A stretch of DNA of 63,057 nt, counting the filler, from Octopus bimaculoides (lineage: Eukaryota), in assembly GCF_001194135.2 (NCBI RefSeq). It is 4 parts of 3 records of this genome, joined end to end, with 100 filler letters (N's around TTAATTAATTAA, not from the genome) between each part and the next. Parts side by side here need not be neighbours in the genome. Positions count along the whole stretch, not along the records: positions 19,385 to 44,407 come from NC_068994.1; positions 44,508 to 49,872 come from NC_068982.1; positions 49,973 to 63,057 come from NC_068983.1; 1 more part is not named here. One strand, given 5' to 3'. Both the position numbers and the translations under genes were made by a program. The notes under the pieces are model-generated. The model saw nothing but the letters and a program-made list of their open reading frames with translations. It was not told the origin of the DNA and did no database searches. Positions 37,056 through 53,778 of the stretch are shown one piece after another. How positions within the stretch are numbered: position 1 is the first letter of the stretch; each line of letters opens with the position of its first letter.

Positions 37056-38941
37056 CCATCTTTAATGTGAGAGTACAAAACAATGGTTTGTAACTTATTG
37101 TATCATATCAGCATTAATTCTGGCCACACCTTGTCCCTTCCTTCTTGCCCCCTTTTTTCTTCTTTTTCTTCTTCCCAGGTGATTAAATATCATTCTTGCT
37201 CTTTCTGTTTACCTCTTCCCCTTACACATATTCTTTGTACCACTTGTCTATTCTCCACCTCTCTCCATCACTACCTTTCTGCTTCTCCTGTTTCATGTTT
37301 ACTTAGTACAACATAGAGGTAAGATTTCCTATATTCTGTTGCTTGCCTGAAGACATTTAATCATCTTTTGTAGCTATGATAGTAGTGGTGGTGGTGGTGG
37401 TAATACCATCATCATCATCATCATGTCCTCATCAACTGTAATAGTGATTGTGGTGATGGTGGTGGTAGTAAGGAAGCCTTTCTCTAGTACCATTTTTACT
37501 GCGTTGGTTGAAAAGTACAGGATTGTTATTTGTTCCAGTCATTGTACTGCAGCCATGTTGATCTTGAAAATCCCAGTACTTATTATTTTTTGTGAAGCCT
37601 GGTACTATTTCTATCAGTTACTTTTGCTGAACTGCTAAGTTACAGGGATGTTAATACATAAATACCAGCTGTCAAGACACCAAGACACACACACACACAC
37701 AAACACACTTACATACATAGGGACACATAAATACATGCATACACACACACATACATACATACATACATACATACATACATACGTAAACACATAAAATAAA
37801 AGAATAAAAACAATATGTTTTACTTTTTCATTAAAGAAGAAACATTGCCTTATTAGGATTTTTATATCTGTTTATGTATAAAGTGCACTTGTGTAGAATG
37901 TGCATCAACAATATTGATCTATGAAATCTTAGAAAAATATTTCTCTTGTATATTATAAACTGGCTTTCTTATCTTTATGGCATTATGATGGACAGAGTGA
38001 AGGCACGTAGCTTTGTGGTTATGGTATTCAACACACAGTTGTAAGATCATGAGTTCAATTCTAATGGTGCATTGTGTTCTTGAGCAAAACACTTTATTTT
38101 ACATTGCTCCAGTCCACTCAGCTGGCAAATGTGAGTAGTACCTGTAATTTAAAGGATTGGCCTTGTCACATTCTGTGTTATGCAAAATCTCCCTGAGAAC
38201 TACTTTAAGGGTATGTGTGTCTGTGGAGTGCTCAGCCACTTACACATTTATTTTATGAGGAGGCTGTTCTGTTGACTGGATCAACAAGAACCATTGTCAT
38301 CATAATTGATGGAGTGCCAGTTATGAGAGACAGAGAATGAAATTTCATAGCTGTGGATAATGTATTGCTCCAGGGCTTAGTGTTCCCTCCCTATACTTAC
38401 CAACATTGATACCATGTATATGAACAAGTATTCAGTTTAATTTCCAAAGACCTAATGTTCTTTCTCTATGCTTACCGCCTCTAGAAAACAGGCCAGGGAG
38501 CAATTATCATAGAATATTTCTACAAAGTTTCACAATATAATAATACAATAAGTTACAAACCTCTCTGTCTCTGTCTGTCTATTTGTCTGTCTGTGTGTCT
38601 CTCTCTTTCAAATTAGATTCTTATAGTGCAAACCAATGTCCATTGACACAGTTTTTTCTTTTCATCTACTAGGTAAGTGCAATTGGGCAATTGGTGATGC
38701 AGTACAGGAAAAAAGTGGTTTTCAACTGAAAGGCAGACATCTTATCTCCTGTCCTAGTAACACCTTTACATGTTATACAGTAATATAAGCAAACATTTGC
38801 ATTCAACCCATACCAACATGGAAACAAAATTAGAAAATAGAAATAAAAGTAAATGATGAAATATAAATGATGTAAGTTATGTAATGGATTCAGATTACAG
38901 AAATACGTCAGTTAATAATTTCTGCTTATGTCTCTTTGCAG

Positions 38942-39106
38942 GTGAATCTATGTACTGTAAGCCAGTTAGGTGCTGTTGCATTGCCCTTTGACAGGCCAGA
39001 ATTGGTTATAGATTCTATACTGCAAGCTGCTGAGCATGCTGGCTATATTGGTGGAAAAGACTTTTTTCTTGCTATAAACTGTGCTGCACATGAAATCTTG
39101 GATCGA
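38942..39106 (+). CDS. ENO4: Enolase-4-like internal exon
   Basis: VNLCTVSQLGAVALPFDRPELVIDSILQAAEHAGYIGGKDFFLAINCAAHEILDR matches ENO4 ..LHLAINCAGHELMD; ctttgcag acceptor, gtaaga donor, 165 nt phase 0-0. Confidence 0.85.
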
Positions 39107-39154
39107 GTAAGAGATTCTGTTTCATTGTTTTATAAATGTGTATTATATGTAAAT

Positions 39155-41628
<2,474 letters not shown>

Positions 41629-41716
41629 TATATATAAAAATAAATATATATATTTATATGTATGTATGTATATGTATATATGTATGTATGTATATGTGTA
41701 TATATANNNNNNNNNN

Positions 41717-41761
<45 letters not shown>

Positions 41762-41821
41762 CATATACACACACACACATATACATACATACATATATAT
41801 ATATATGTGCATATACATACA

Positions 41822-41852
<31 letters not shown>

Positions 41853-41899
41853 TACACACACACACACATATATGTATGTATGTATATGTATACAAGTGA

Positions 41900-43165
41900 G
41901 TGGACAAATGAAAGAAAAGGGTACTCAACATGCATTCACCCAATCACCGGTCTTTCTTCTGCTGCACCCAGATATTTAGGTGCTACAAAATTCCTGTCCA
42001 GCCACATGGTGAAAGAAATTCACCTTTCTAAAGGAACTGCTGTTACTGACCAGCTGATATTACACTGACAACACCATATGACTCAACTTGACCACTGGCA
42101 TTGTGTACCAAGAAAGATTTCTCTGGTTTGAAGTTTTGTCAAGGGCTGAAATTCCTCACAAGCCTTTAGTGCAATATGGGGACAACACTCTACTGCGTAG
42201 AAGCATGTATGAGTGGATCGAGTAGTTTAAAAATGATTGGACAAGTGTAAAGCACACAGAGGGATCAAGATACCTATTGACCTCCACCACTGACATGAAG
42301 ATTCAACAAACTTGAGAAACGGTCTAGTGAACTGATGATTGACCATTGATGAAGTGGGATGTTCTCTGCATGTTAGTCATGGTTCTGCATTTGAGACCAT
42401 CCATAACAAGATTCACTTTTATAAAGTCTGTGAGAGATGGGTGTCAAGAGAGTTTGTATAAGTGCAATTATGTGGAGACTTTTCAATGCTTACTTGACCT
42501 CTACATTGATGAAGACAAAGTTTTTTTGAAGAGAACAGTCACAGGATATGAGATCTAGGTCCTTCACTTTGAGCTAGAATCCAAAAAGCAGAGTATGGAG
42601 TGGAAACTCCTGGAATTGTCAACAAAAAGAAATTCAAGACTTGACCTTCCACAGAATAAGCAGTGCTAACTGTGTGGGATGCAAAAGGGCCTATATTGGA
42701 ACATTACCTGGAAAAGGGGTTGAAAGTTACCAGTGTAGGCTACAATGAAATGCAGGAAAACAAACTGAAACCAGCGATTCACACCACATGTTAAGGTCTT
42801 TTGTTAAAGCAAGTGCATGCCCATATACAACTGCCCATACCATTGAAACTATTGAAAAATTGGGTTTCAAGTCCTGCATGCAATCCAAATTTTGCCTCTT
42901 CCACTGTCAGCTCTTTAGACCACTCAAACATCCTTTATGAGGTCATTGATTTACTACCAATGAAAAGGTAGAGGAAGTAGTGCGTAAACTGTTGCATGAC
43001 CACCTAAAAACTTCCTTTGATAGAATAAGCAAGCTTGTGGACTGCTGGAAGAAGTTCATCAATAAGCAAGAAGACTATGTTGAAAAATGATGTAATTGTT
43101 CAGCCCCTGATTTTGTTTTAATGAATGACAAAAACAAGAGTGCATATAATTTTTGACTTAACCTT

Positions 43166-43167
<2 letters not shown>
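41900..43167 (+). pseudogene. Dead mariner (DD34D-type) transposon
   Basis: Remnants of QYGDNTL..SMYEWIE, RSLT..KVC..WV, VTGYEI*VLHFELESKKQSMEW, K..LTVWDAKG, GI.KLV..W.K.I...DYVEK. Confidence 0.8.
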
Positions 43168-43208
<41 letters not shown>

Positions 43209-43562
43209 AATATATGCAGTGAGTATGTATATAAATATATCCATGTATATATATATTTCTCCCTCTCAGATGTCTTGGCATTAATTAAAGGAAATAATAG
43301 AATGACCCACAAGAAGGCCCTCAAGGAAATTCATAAGTTTGAATTATTTTAAAAGAAGCTCAAGAAACATGTTAAAAATATACTAAAACAAATATATTTT
43401 TTTCTTTTTTCCTTAAAATTAATTTGAAATTGTAGATACTCTGATGGGAATATGTTTATAAATACTCATATTACAAAATGCTTGAAGATTTTTATTATTC
43501 TTGGTAAATTGATATTTGATATCATAAGAATTTTATAAACTTTGAGAGAAGCTGAAATAATT

Positions 43563-43619
<57 letters not shown>

Positions 43620-43964
43620 GAATGGTGCAGTAATTACATGGTGTTAATTATAGCTGTATTTGCTTCAAGAACCACCATTCCAAAATAATAATTCTTTTGT
43701 GTTCCTTTGAAATTTATAAATTCTTATGATGGTCAACAACATACAATTCTAAAATGGACAGAAATTTCAAGGATTGTTTTTGTCATGTTTACAGGAGATG
43801 TGGGTTCAATTCCATGTGCAGCCTTTGATTTTTTTTCCATCCAGAGGATTCTTTTAACCCAATTTTTATGTTATTATTTATAGCTTTATTTGCTTTGAGA
43901 TTCACTGTTCCAAAAATGTAATACTTGATCATTTTATTTTGTATTATTTATTAAAAAGAATGCA

Positions 43965-44157
43965 GGGAGCTGGCAGAATTGTTACTATGCTTAGCGGTGT
44001 TTTGTCTGTCTCTATGTTCTGAGTTCAAATTCTGCTGAGGTTACTTTGCCTTTCATCCTTTCGAGGTTGATAAAATAAGTACCAATTGAGCACTGGGGCT
44101 AATGTAATCAACTTATCTCCTCCCTCGAAATTGCTGGCCTTGTGCGAAAATTTGAAA
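43965..44157 (+). mobile_element. tRNA SINE (OK-like)
   Basis: GAGCTGGCAGAATTGTTA..TTCTGAGTTCAAATTC..GCCTTTCATCCTTTCG. Confidence 0.75.
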
Positions 44158-44507
44158 TCATTATTTATAAAAACGAAAACTTTATCCCTGCATGTTTATT
44201 TATGTATATGTATGTGTGTGAGAGAGAGAGTTTGTGTAATGTTACTGAGGTAATACGTCTCTTCTGGATTTAGAACTGTGACGTACTTAGAAACTTGTAA
44301 TTTCAGTCCACTATTTTTGAAGCTTGTATTTCAATTCTCTTTAAAATAAACATTTTTCTTCAGTGACTATGATTCAACACAACAGTAAAGAATTTTTTTT
44401 TTACCTGNNNNNNNNNNNNNNNNNNNNNNNNNNNNNNNNNNNNNNNNNNNNTTAATTAATTAANNNNNNNNNNNNNNNNNNNNNNNNNNNNNNNNNNNNN
44501 NNNNNNN

Positions 44508-45194
44508 CTTGTTTCTTTTTTTGTGCCAAAACGCACTTTGAAATTAGGTGCTCTTGGCTTCCGCAGAGGTAGCAATGCGGTTTTTTACCCTCCGCTACTA
44601 CATAGAGGCTTTGTCCATTTTCCAAGTGAATCACATTCGGCAACTTTTCCAGTGAATCTTGATCCATCTGGATCAAGATTTCAATGTTTTTTTCCGGTCC
44701 AACTGTTATTATGAACAACAGTGATTGTTTTCAAATGAAAACATATCGCCGAAGTAATCCACTTGGACTCAATTTCTGGAGGGACATTATTTATTTTTAT
44801 TCTACTCACTCTCTGTCCCATGTAGTATGGGACTATGATTAGTTCATCATTTTGTAGGGTTTCCATACTGTATAATTTCGCCTCTTCTTCATTATTGAAA
44901 CGAAATTGTACTGTATTAAATCGCAAACCCCAGTTTATACATTCTTTAATTTTCATAATTTTTTTTTTGCACATTTCTCAATTTCTGTTTTTGTAATTGA
45001 ATTTGTTAATTTTTTACTTTTTCTTATTATTTTGTAAATGATTGTTCTTTTTTCTACGTCTTCTCTCACTTCTTTTGGGGTGTGTAATATTAAATTTTGT
45101 CCGGACGTAGAAAAAAGGGACCTGGTCTCTATAAGTTCTTTGTTTGTAAAATGTAAAGTTTCTTTTTTTTTGTTTTAGCATGTCTGAAAAGTTT

Positions 45195-45200
<6 letters not shown>
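44508..45200 (-). mobile_element. Tx1-clade ORF1 fragment with CCHC knuckle
   Basis: VQFRFNNEEEAK..YMGQRVSRIKINNVPPEI..EGKKPHCYLCGSQEHLISKC; same architecture as the ORF1 at 26304-26879. Confidence 0.8.
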
Positions 45201-45226
<26 letters not shown>

Positions 45227-46068
45227 GGTTGTGGTGTTGGTGGTTGTGGTGGTGCTATCACTGGTATTGGTGGCAAATGTGGTATTTTTGACTGTGTTAG
45301 TGGTGTTGTGGCTTCTATTCATTTTTCCTTCCTCTCTTTCGCTTGCTGCTGGTGAAGAGAGCAAAGGTTGAGTTGAACTGTTGCTGCTGCTGCTGCTGCT
45401 GCTGCTGTTGTTGTTGTTGTTGTCGTTGTTGTTGGTGGTGNNNNNNNNNNNNNNNNNNNNNNNNNNNNNNNNNNNNNNNNNNNNNNNNNNNNNNNNNNNN
45501 NNNNNNNNNNNNNNNNNNNNNNNNNNNNNNNNNNNNNNNNNNNNNNNNNNNNNNNNNNNNNNNNNNNNNNNNNNNNNNNNNNNNNNNNNNNNNNNNNNNN
45601 NNNNNNNNNNNNNNNNNNNNNNNNNNNNNNNNNNNNNNNNNNNNNNNNNNNNNNNNNNNNNNNNNNNNNNNNNNNNNNNNNNNNNNNNNNNNNNNNNNNN
45701 NNNNNNNNNNNNNNNNNNNNNNNNNNNNNNNNNNNNNNNNNNNNNNNNNNNNNNNNNNNNNNNNNNNNNNNNNNNNNNNNNNNNNNNNNNNNNNNNNNNN
45801 NNNNNNNNNNNNNNNNNNNNNNNNNNNNNNNNNNNNNNNNNNNNNNNNNNNNNNNNNNNNNNNNNNNNNNNNNNNNNNNNNNNNNNNNNNNNNNNNNNNN
45901 NNNNNNNNNNNNNNNNNNNNNNNNNNNNNNNNNNNNNNNNNNNGAAAACACAATAAAAAGAAAGTTGGGTGCTTCACACACCTTATATACAAAAATTCCA
46001 ACAAAATGTGGGCAATAAAAGGTCAAATAAACATTTACCTCTGCAGCCGATGTGACAGCACGTCCGTC

Positions 46069-46168
<100 letters not shown>

Positions 46169-46374
46169 CATGCGTGTGTGTATTTATGTGTTTGCCGCAG
46201 CATTGCCGGTTAATAGAAAACCATGTATGGTTGGAGGAGGAGAAATAGAGACAAATATCTTTCCCTAATCAAACTATATTGTCACATTTTTTTGTTGTGT
46301 TTTATTTTTCTCAGTCAGTGCAGCTTTTTTTTTTAATTAATATTTGTCCGATACATCAACATTCGCATTTCTTT

Positions 46375-46600
46375 CCATTTTCCCGCTCATCAATCACTAT
46401 TTTGTTGGACTCCCAATAGTCTTAGAGTAATTGTTTGAGACAGCTTGTGTAAATTTTATACACCATATTTAAGGTAGCAACATGCTTGTAGTTTTCTGCC
46501 AAGTGGATGTTTTCATTCTTAGCAACAAGATTTCTTCGTTCTATGACAAGCCAATTTGATATGTCAATTTGAGCTAACATAATTCTTTTAAATATTCGTG
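46375..46600 (-). mobile_element. R4/Dong RT fragment
   Basis: KNENIHLAENYKHVATLNMVYKIYTSCL, equivalent to RT domain 1 (NYRPI..LN..YK). Confidence 0.65.
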
Positions 46601-48539
46601 AATGATTTTCTGTGAAACATCAACATCTTACACAAATATCCAATTATTAAGACTCTTCCTGATGCCTCTTTATTATGCAGCTTTCCATAGCATATGAATA
46701 TATTTGTATGTATGAATGCATCAATATATGTATGTGTGTATATATGCATGTATGAATGTGTGCAAGTATTATGCATGTATGCAATTATGCATTTATACTT
46801 TATGAAGCAAAATTTCTCAGTAGGGAGCTTATGACCCACAGAACGTTAACAGGTATGTTTATTATAGGGCTTCATATCTGGCAAAAGAAGATAAGATAAC
46901 CACTACGATCAAAAGATCGGCAGTTCGTGTCCTGTCAACGTCGCTGTGTTTGTAACAAAGATGATTAAGTAACTGAAACAAGATTTAATTCATCCAATTA
47001 AAAATAAGTTTAACTGAATGATACAACTAACAGTTATCATTGTTTAGCTCCATGTCGGCGCTGATTGAGCAGGCCTATGGACATCCTGTATTTTTGAAGG
47101 GTATTGATTTCCAGGACTATGTTAACCTGAATATACATGTCTACGTCTTTGCCTTCTATTTCTTCCTATACAGCGACAGGATAGAGGCTCTCTTCGACTA
47201 GTCGATGCTGTTATAGAAAGAAATGTTATCAATGGAAGTGCTGTTGAGGGAAGATGCAACTACTGTCGGGGTTTTACCCACGCAAAGTGCTCAACTTTGC
47301 ACTTTTAAATAATAAAACATTCTGTATGTATACAATGCAATATAAAATTGCAAACATCATTTGTAGGAACCAACGAGAGAGCCTCTACGCAGATGAGGAT
47401 AATAGCAAGATACAGGCTCCTCTGAATCAGACACACTCTCTTTTCAGAGCTCACCAAATTGACAGTTCATCCCATTCATAAAAGGTGCTTTCGTTGTGTA
47501 ATGCAGGACTGTCCATGCCAAGCTTCGACATATTCAGAACGGATGGTACTATCAAAAGTCAGATGAACGCTACCTAAAATACTGGATAGAGTAGTGCCTT
47601 TTAATATTATTATCTATAATACACATATAAAGCTACCAAAAGTGTACCTAGATAGTTTTTCTCTTCAATGCCAGAAAATACTAGTTTTAAACAATTTTCT
47701 GAAAATACGAGTGTGGTATATATTTAGGGCAGTATTCATAAAAGGATGATTTATCACACAGAAGTGCAAAAATGGATTCTGTACAGGATCTTATAACAAT
47801 TTGTGTACAACCCACTTCATTCTACCTCAATTCCAATTGACCCATAATAGTAGATTATTTAACCCTTTCACTGCACAGGGTATTTCCGACTGGCAGATCA
47901 ACATCGAATTCAATTTCACAGACCCAAAACATAAACACCAAGCAAGAATATTAGTTAAAATTCTGTGGGGAATTTTCTTAAGCGACAGCACTTCAGTAAA
48001 ACTTTTTCTATAAGTATATTAATCTCAGTGGCAATAAAGGTCTCTGAAGACATTCTCCCTGACCCATCTATCAATACATTGAGAATAGGAGCTTCTAGAT
48101 ATTTAACATTCTGTACAATGGCTTAGAATTCCGAAGAAAATACTTCAGCTACTTCAGTTATATTAATATAAGACAGTACAAAACTTATGATCTACAAATC
48201 AGACATTACTCACTGTAAATGCGTCATTTTCATTTCCTTTATCATTCAGTTCATCAAAAATACATTGACTAAAAGGAATATCATTTTTTTCTTTCTGGTC
48301 CAAGCCTTCTGGTTCAAGCCGATAGTATCAATAGCTTTTCCATTTGTTCTAATAATTTACGAGAGTAATTCATTTGTATCGCACTATTATGTAGCTTGCT
48401 ACATTGAGCTGTTTTTATTTTCTCTGCATACTTCATGATCATGCAAAAATCGAAGCAATTTGTGCTGATGGGTGGCAAACACACAAGTGTTATGTATATG
48501 TGTATGTGTGTGTGTACATACATACATACATACATACAA

Positions 48540-49668
48540 GCAGTGCCAGTATCATATCAACATTTGGGCTGCTTGATAAGATCCGAGCCCTTTATGTGAA
48601 AACCCGAAAAATACTAACGAGCACACATAATTTCCACATAAACAGTGACGTAGACCGCCTCAACCTAAAACGAAAACAAGGCGGCAGAGGCTTAACATTG
48701 ATCTAAAATTCCTTCGACAACATCTTTTAACCACCAAGTCTCGAAGTGCATCTTTTGACTAAGCTTGCATACATGAGGCTGGTAACATCATAAGACTTCG
48801 AAGGCAGTTCCTTGAGCAACACTCTTTGTCTGATAACCTAGAATACATGCCCAAAAAAATCGCAGGACTCTACTGCAACGTATCATCAGATGAAAGGATG
48901 AGCAGAAACTATGTATGCATGGATATGTTATTAGAATGCTCCAAGATGATTGTAACATTGATTATCAAAACAATCTATCATGGGCCAATAACCGGATTAC
49001 TACCGGCCACTTTCGAGGGTATGCGTTTGCAATCCAGGAACAGGAAATATCAACCGAATACCTGATTCACAAAATGAATAGAGACGCAGGAAAAGTAGTA
49101 AAATGTGACAACCGAAGCAGAATTTCTGGAGTTAACACCGAAGATATAACCCACATCATAAGCAGTTGTCCGAAAATGTCACCATGGTATTATCTACTGA
49201 TGAGGCATGAAGTTGTAGCTAGGATACTCTATAATGAAATCCGTCGGAAAAATAACCTTGAGGACAAATAAATAAGAACCCACAGTATGGTAGAAGCCAT
49301 AGCCACTCATATTAAAAAGGAATACTGGTGAAATGTCCCAGTGAGACCTCAATAGAATGTAAGCACAACAGATCTGAAATAATGACTTGGGATAGAGAAG
49401 AGAAACTGTGTACAGTTGTGGAACTTAGCTGCCCAGTGGATGCTAATATTAAATCTGAAGCTCAGTGAAAAAGAGAATACCTACGCTGAACCATTGAGAA
49501 ATCTGCAGTTACTCTATCTATAGTTTTATATCTGTAACTATTGGGGCCCTAGGATATGTAACACACGGCCTAAATACCAATCTTGAGAAATTAGGTTTCT
49601 CAAACCAAAAAGAAGAAAGCTAATTCGAAGACTACAGATCCAATCCATGACTGGCACTGTAAAAATCT
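48540..49668 (+). mobile_element. R4/Dong-clade LINE 3' portion (RT end, CCHC, RLE endonuclease)
   Basis: SDVDRLNLKRKQGGRGL, AIQEQEI, EDITHIISSCPKM..Y..RH..VA, KHNRSEI..ELSCP, VTIGALG; lies between (CATA)n and (TAGA)n. Confidence 0.88.
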
Positions 49669-49669
49669 G

Positions 49670-49738
<69 letters not shown>

Positions 49739-50016
49739 TTCTTTATTAGCCACACAGGGCTCAACATAGATGGGACAAATACAATGTAGAGTTTTTCTTT
49801 TCGAGGGGACGAGAAAAAATGGGGATAACGATCAAAAGGTATCGAAAACGTTTGGGGTATGTGAAAAAAAAANNNNNNNNNNNNNNNNNNNNNNNNNNNN
49901 NNNNNNNNNNNNNNNNTTAATTAATTAANNNNNNNNNNNNNNNNNNNNNNNNNNNNNNNNNNNNNNNNNNNNCTGCGAGAAATGGAAGAAAATTTGAAGA
50001 AAGAAGAAAAAAAAAC

Positions 50017-50061
<45 letters not shown>

Positions 50062-51147
50062 TCAGGTCATCTCATAAGTTCTGTCCGAATTTTGAATAAA
50101 GAAAACAAGTAATCAAATGTTATATTTAATTGAAATTTAATTAACAATGTACTTTCCCTGATTATCTATGACTTCCTTCCATCTACTTACAAGCTTTTTA
50201 ATCCCATCAATGTAAAACTCTTTTGGTTTCAAAGCGAAGAACTCTGAAATGTCAGTTTCAACCTCCTCCTGGCTTGCAAAAGGTATGTCCCCCAAATGAT
50301 TCTGTAAACTACGAAACAAATGGTAATCTGAAGGAGCAAAGTCGGGAGAATAAGGTGGAATTTTTTCCCGGCCAAGCTCTTCGATCTTCTGTGATGTGAT
50401 CTTTGCAGTGTGGAGTCACGCATTGTCCTGATGACTGATAAAACATCACTCCTTTTTGATTCACTAAAGCAGGTCTTTTTTCTTCAAAGCTTGGTTCAAA
50501 CGCTCTAATTGCTGACAGTAGACTTGAGCATTGATTGTTGCATTAGGTGGTAACAATTCAAAGTGAATTACTCCTTTGAAATCCCACTAGATGGAGAGAA
50601 GAACCTTTTTCTATTAAGTTCCCTTCTCGATTGTGGTTGAGCTTTTTCCCTTTTACCAAGCCACTCTTTACAACGTCTAACATTTCCATATAAGATCCAT
50701 TTTTCGTCACCAGTCACAAGTCTATCCAAAAAGGGTGAAATGAGTTCGCGAGAATGGAGAGAAGAGCAGATGTCAACTCTGGATTTGTGGTTGCTTTCAA
50801 GCAATTCATGAGGCACCCATTTTCCAAGTTTAGGAACCTTTCCAAGATGCTGAAGATGACAATGAACAGTTGTATGATTTGAACTAAGCTTTATTGCTAA
50901 TTCTTCAACTGATAATGCAGGATTTTCTTCAAGTAATGCCTCAAGGAGCTTATCATGAAACTCAACTGTACGTCCTGTTCGATCTTCATCTTTAAGGCTG
51001 AAATCTCCACTTCTGAATTTTGCAAACCATCTTCTGCAAGTTCTTTCATTCAAGCATTCTTTCCCATAAACTGAGTGTATGCTTCGAGTCGCTTCGGCTG
51101 CAGAATTTCCTTTTTTGTACTCATAAAGCATTGTGTGCCTCAAATGC
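50062..51147 (-). pseudogene. Dead mariner transposase (Mos1-like), 5' end missing
   Basis: RHTMLYEYKKG..RRWFAKFRSGDFSL, WVPHEL, VTGDEKW, HQDNA*, YSPDFAPSDYHLF, GIKKLVSRWKEVI; TIR ATCAGGTCATCTCATAAGTTCTGTCCG. Confidence 0.93.
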
Positions 51148-51679
51148 TCTTTGGGGTCTAGAGAGAGGCAAGACGTGGTATGACCACAAACTTCAGAGAG
51201 TGGCAGAGTCAGAGACTAGCAAACTCCTTTGGGATTTCCCAATCCAAACAGATCAGGTGCTGGAATATAACAGACTGGACCTAGTGGTGGTGGACAAGGT
51301 GCACCACATATGCTATATAGTTGAGGTTACATGCCCCTTTGACTCATGAATAGTCAAGGAAGGCGAAAAGATAGATAGACACAACCCTCTTAAGTACGAA
51401 ATAGCCCGGCTATGGAAAATGAGGAAGGTGAAAATAGTATAAATTATTGTTGGATCCTTGGGAACAGTATTGGAAGGCATCAAGAGGAATACAAAGGAAA
51501 TTGGAATAGAGTGTCCAGCAGAACTGTTACAAAAGGTTTGTTCCTTTGGCATGACCAGAATAATCAGGAAAGTATGAGATAGCTGAAAAGAATGGATTGC
51601 ATGGTACTGTAGGCTGCAGGTAGCAAGCCTGCTATGTATGCAAGACTCCAGGAGCTCCAACAAAACCTGTGATAAAGAG

Positions 51680-51714
<35 letters not shown>

Positions 51715-51715
51715 C
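51148..51715 (+). mobile_element. R4/Dong-type endonuclease 3' fragment with (TAA)n tail
   Basis: KLLWDFPIQTD..NRLDLVVVDK..IVEVTCPFD..KYE..IIVGSLG. Confidence 0.85.
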
Positions 51716-51930
51716 CTTTCTACTAAAAGTACAAGGCCTGGAATTTGAGGGGAGGGAGTTGGTTTATCATATCGACCTCGGTACTTGACTGGTCTTTAAC
51801 TTATCAACCCTGAAAGGACGAAAGGCAAATTGACCTCAGTGGAATTTGAACTCAGAACCTATGGACGGACAAAATGTTGCTAAGCACTTTGCCCGACGTG
51901 CTAATGATTCTGCCAGCTCAGCTGCCTTAA
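51716..51930 (-). mobile_element. tRNA SINE (OK-like)
   Basis: CCTGAAAGGACGAAAGGCAAATTGACCTCAGTGGAATTTGAACTCAGAAC. Confidence 0.75.
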
Positions 51931-52003
51931 GCATAATAATAACAATAATAATAATTTATTCTTTTATTGGCTTACAAGGGCTAATAATAATAATAATAAT
52001 AAT

Positions 52004-52049
<46 letters not shown>

Positions 52050-52051
52050 GC

Positions 52052-52118
<67 letters not shown>

Positions 52119-52290
52119 GTGAGGACAAAACAAAGAAATGAATTAAATGTTATTTTGGAAAATGTTTTTGCTTTTCATAGAAAATTTTTATACAAAGTTG
52201 AAAATAAAGTCTGCTATTTATAAAATTTAATCTTAGAATTAAACTATTTTTATTTTATTTTATTTTACTTTTTTTTTTGTTTGATTTTAG

Positions 52291-52423
52291 GTCACTGAGA
52301 AAGTTACATCTTTACCAGAAACAACTCAAAGTTTGTTGGAGAATGTTCTGGAACGTTTGGAAGAAGAAATCGGGAAAGACATTATCAAACATTCTTTGTG
52401 TTTACTGCTCTGTTCTAAAAATG
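52291..52423 (+). CDS. TEP1: TEP1-like NACHT/WD40 protein, exon A (VTEKVTSLPETTQSLLENVLERLEEEIGKDIIKHSLCLLLCSKN-G)
   Basis: Aligns with human TEP1 VSERLRTLPATVPLLLQHILSTLEKEHGPDVLPQAL..RSG; ttttag/gtaaaa sites, phase 0-1. Confidence 0.82.
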
Positions 52424-52559
52424 GTAAAACACATTCTTTTCGTTCTTATTCTTCTTCTTCTGCCATCTTTCATGTTAGTCTTTGTCATTTTAAAATCTTT
52501 TTCAGTCTTCTCTTTCTTTTTCATCATCATCATCGTCATCATCATTATCCTTGCTGCTG

Positions 52560-52870
52560 CCATTAACAAATCTTCTCTTCCTCATAATACTCCGTCAGCT
52601 TTCTTTCTTTCTTTCTCTGCTATTTTCTTTCATTTTTTTCTTCGCCCTCCCCTCCTTATTTTCCCCCTCCCTCACCACCTCAACAACCCCTCCTTCCCCA
52701 CCTCAACTGCCCCCACATCCCATTCTCCCTTCTTCTTCTTCTTCTTCTTCTTCTCCTTCTCCTTCCTTCCTTCCTTTCTTTCTTTCTTTCTTTTTTCTTT
52801 CTTTTTCTTTCTTTCTTCCTTCCTCCCTCCCTCCCTCACCTCCCCCCTCTTCCATCCTTCCTCCCTCCTC

Positions 52871-52925
<55 letters not shown>

Positions 52926-53305
52926 NNNNNNNNNNNNNNNNNNNNNTCTTTCTTTTATGGAAATAGAAACTTCATATTTGAAAAAAATATTTATAAATCC
53001 GTTTTCTTCTACTTTTTCCCTTTTTCCATTTTATTAATGAAATCAGTTTTAAATAAAGCTGCTCTAACTTCTCACCTCTTTTACCTTTCTTTCTTTCGTT
53101 CTTTCTTTTTCTTTTTCTTTCTTTTTCTTTTTCTTTCTTTTTCACTCCCTCGCTCCCTCTTCTTCTTTTCCTTACTTTTCTTTCTTTCCTTTTTCTCTTT
53201 CTTTCTTTCTTTCTTTCTTTCTCACACTTGCTCTGTTTCTTTCCTTCTCTGTCTCTTTCTATCCTTCTTGCCTTCCTTTCTTTCTTTTTTCTTTCTTCCC
53301 TCCCA

Positions 53306-53339
<34 letters not shown>

Positions 53340-53518
53340 CTCACTCTTTGTTTCTTTCCTTCTCTAGCTGTCTCTTTCTTCCTTCCTTCCTTCCCTCCCC
53401 CTCCCCCTTTTCTTCCTTTCTTTTCTTCCTTTCTTTTCTTCCATTTCCTTAAACTGCTTTGCAGTTTTAAGATTCTATTGAATACAAAGCAAAGCAGCTG
53501 GACAACTCTCTTTCTCTA

Positions 53519-53572
<54 letters not shown>

Positions 53573-53734
53573 TCACTTATTTTTCCTCTTTCTTTTCTCT
53601 CCATCTCTTTCTCTCTTTTTGCTCTTATTTCTAACCCTCTCTCTCTCTAAGTCCCATTTTACTTCAATTTCATTCTCTCTCTCTTTTGCTTTTTCCCATA
53701 TTGTCCTCCCTCTTTTTCTGCCTTTCCTTCTCTC

Positions 53735-53778
<44 letters not shown>

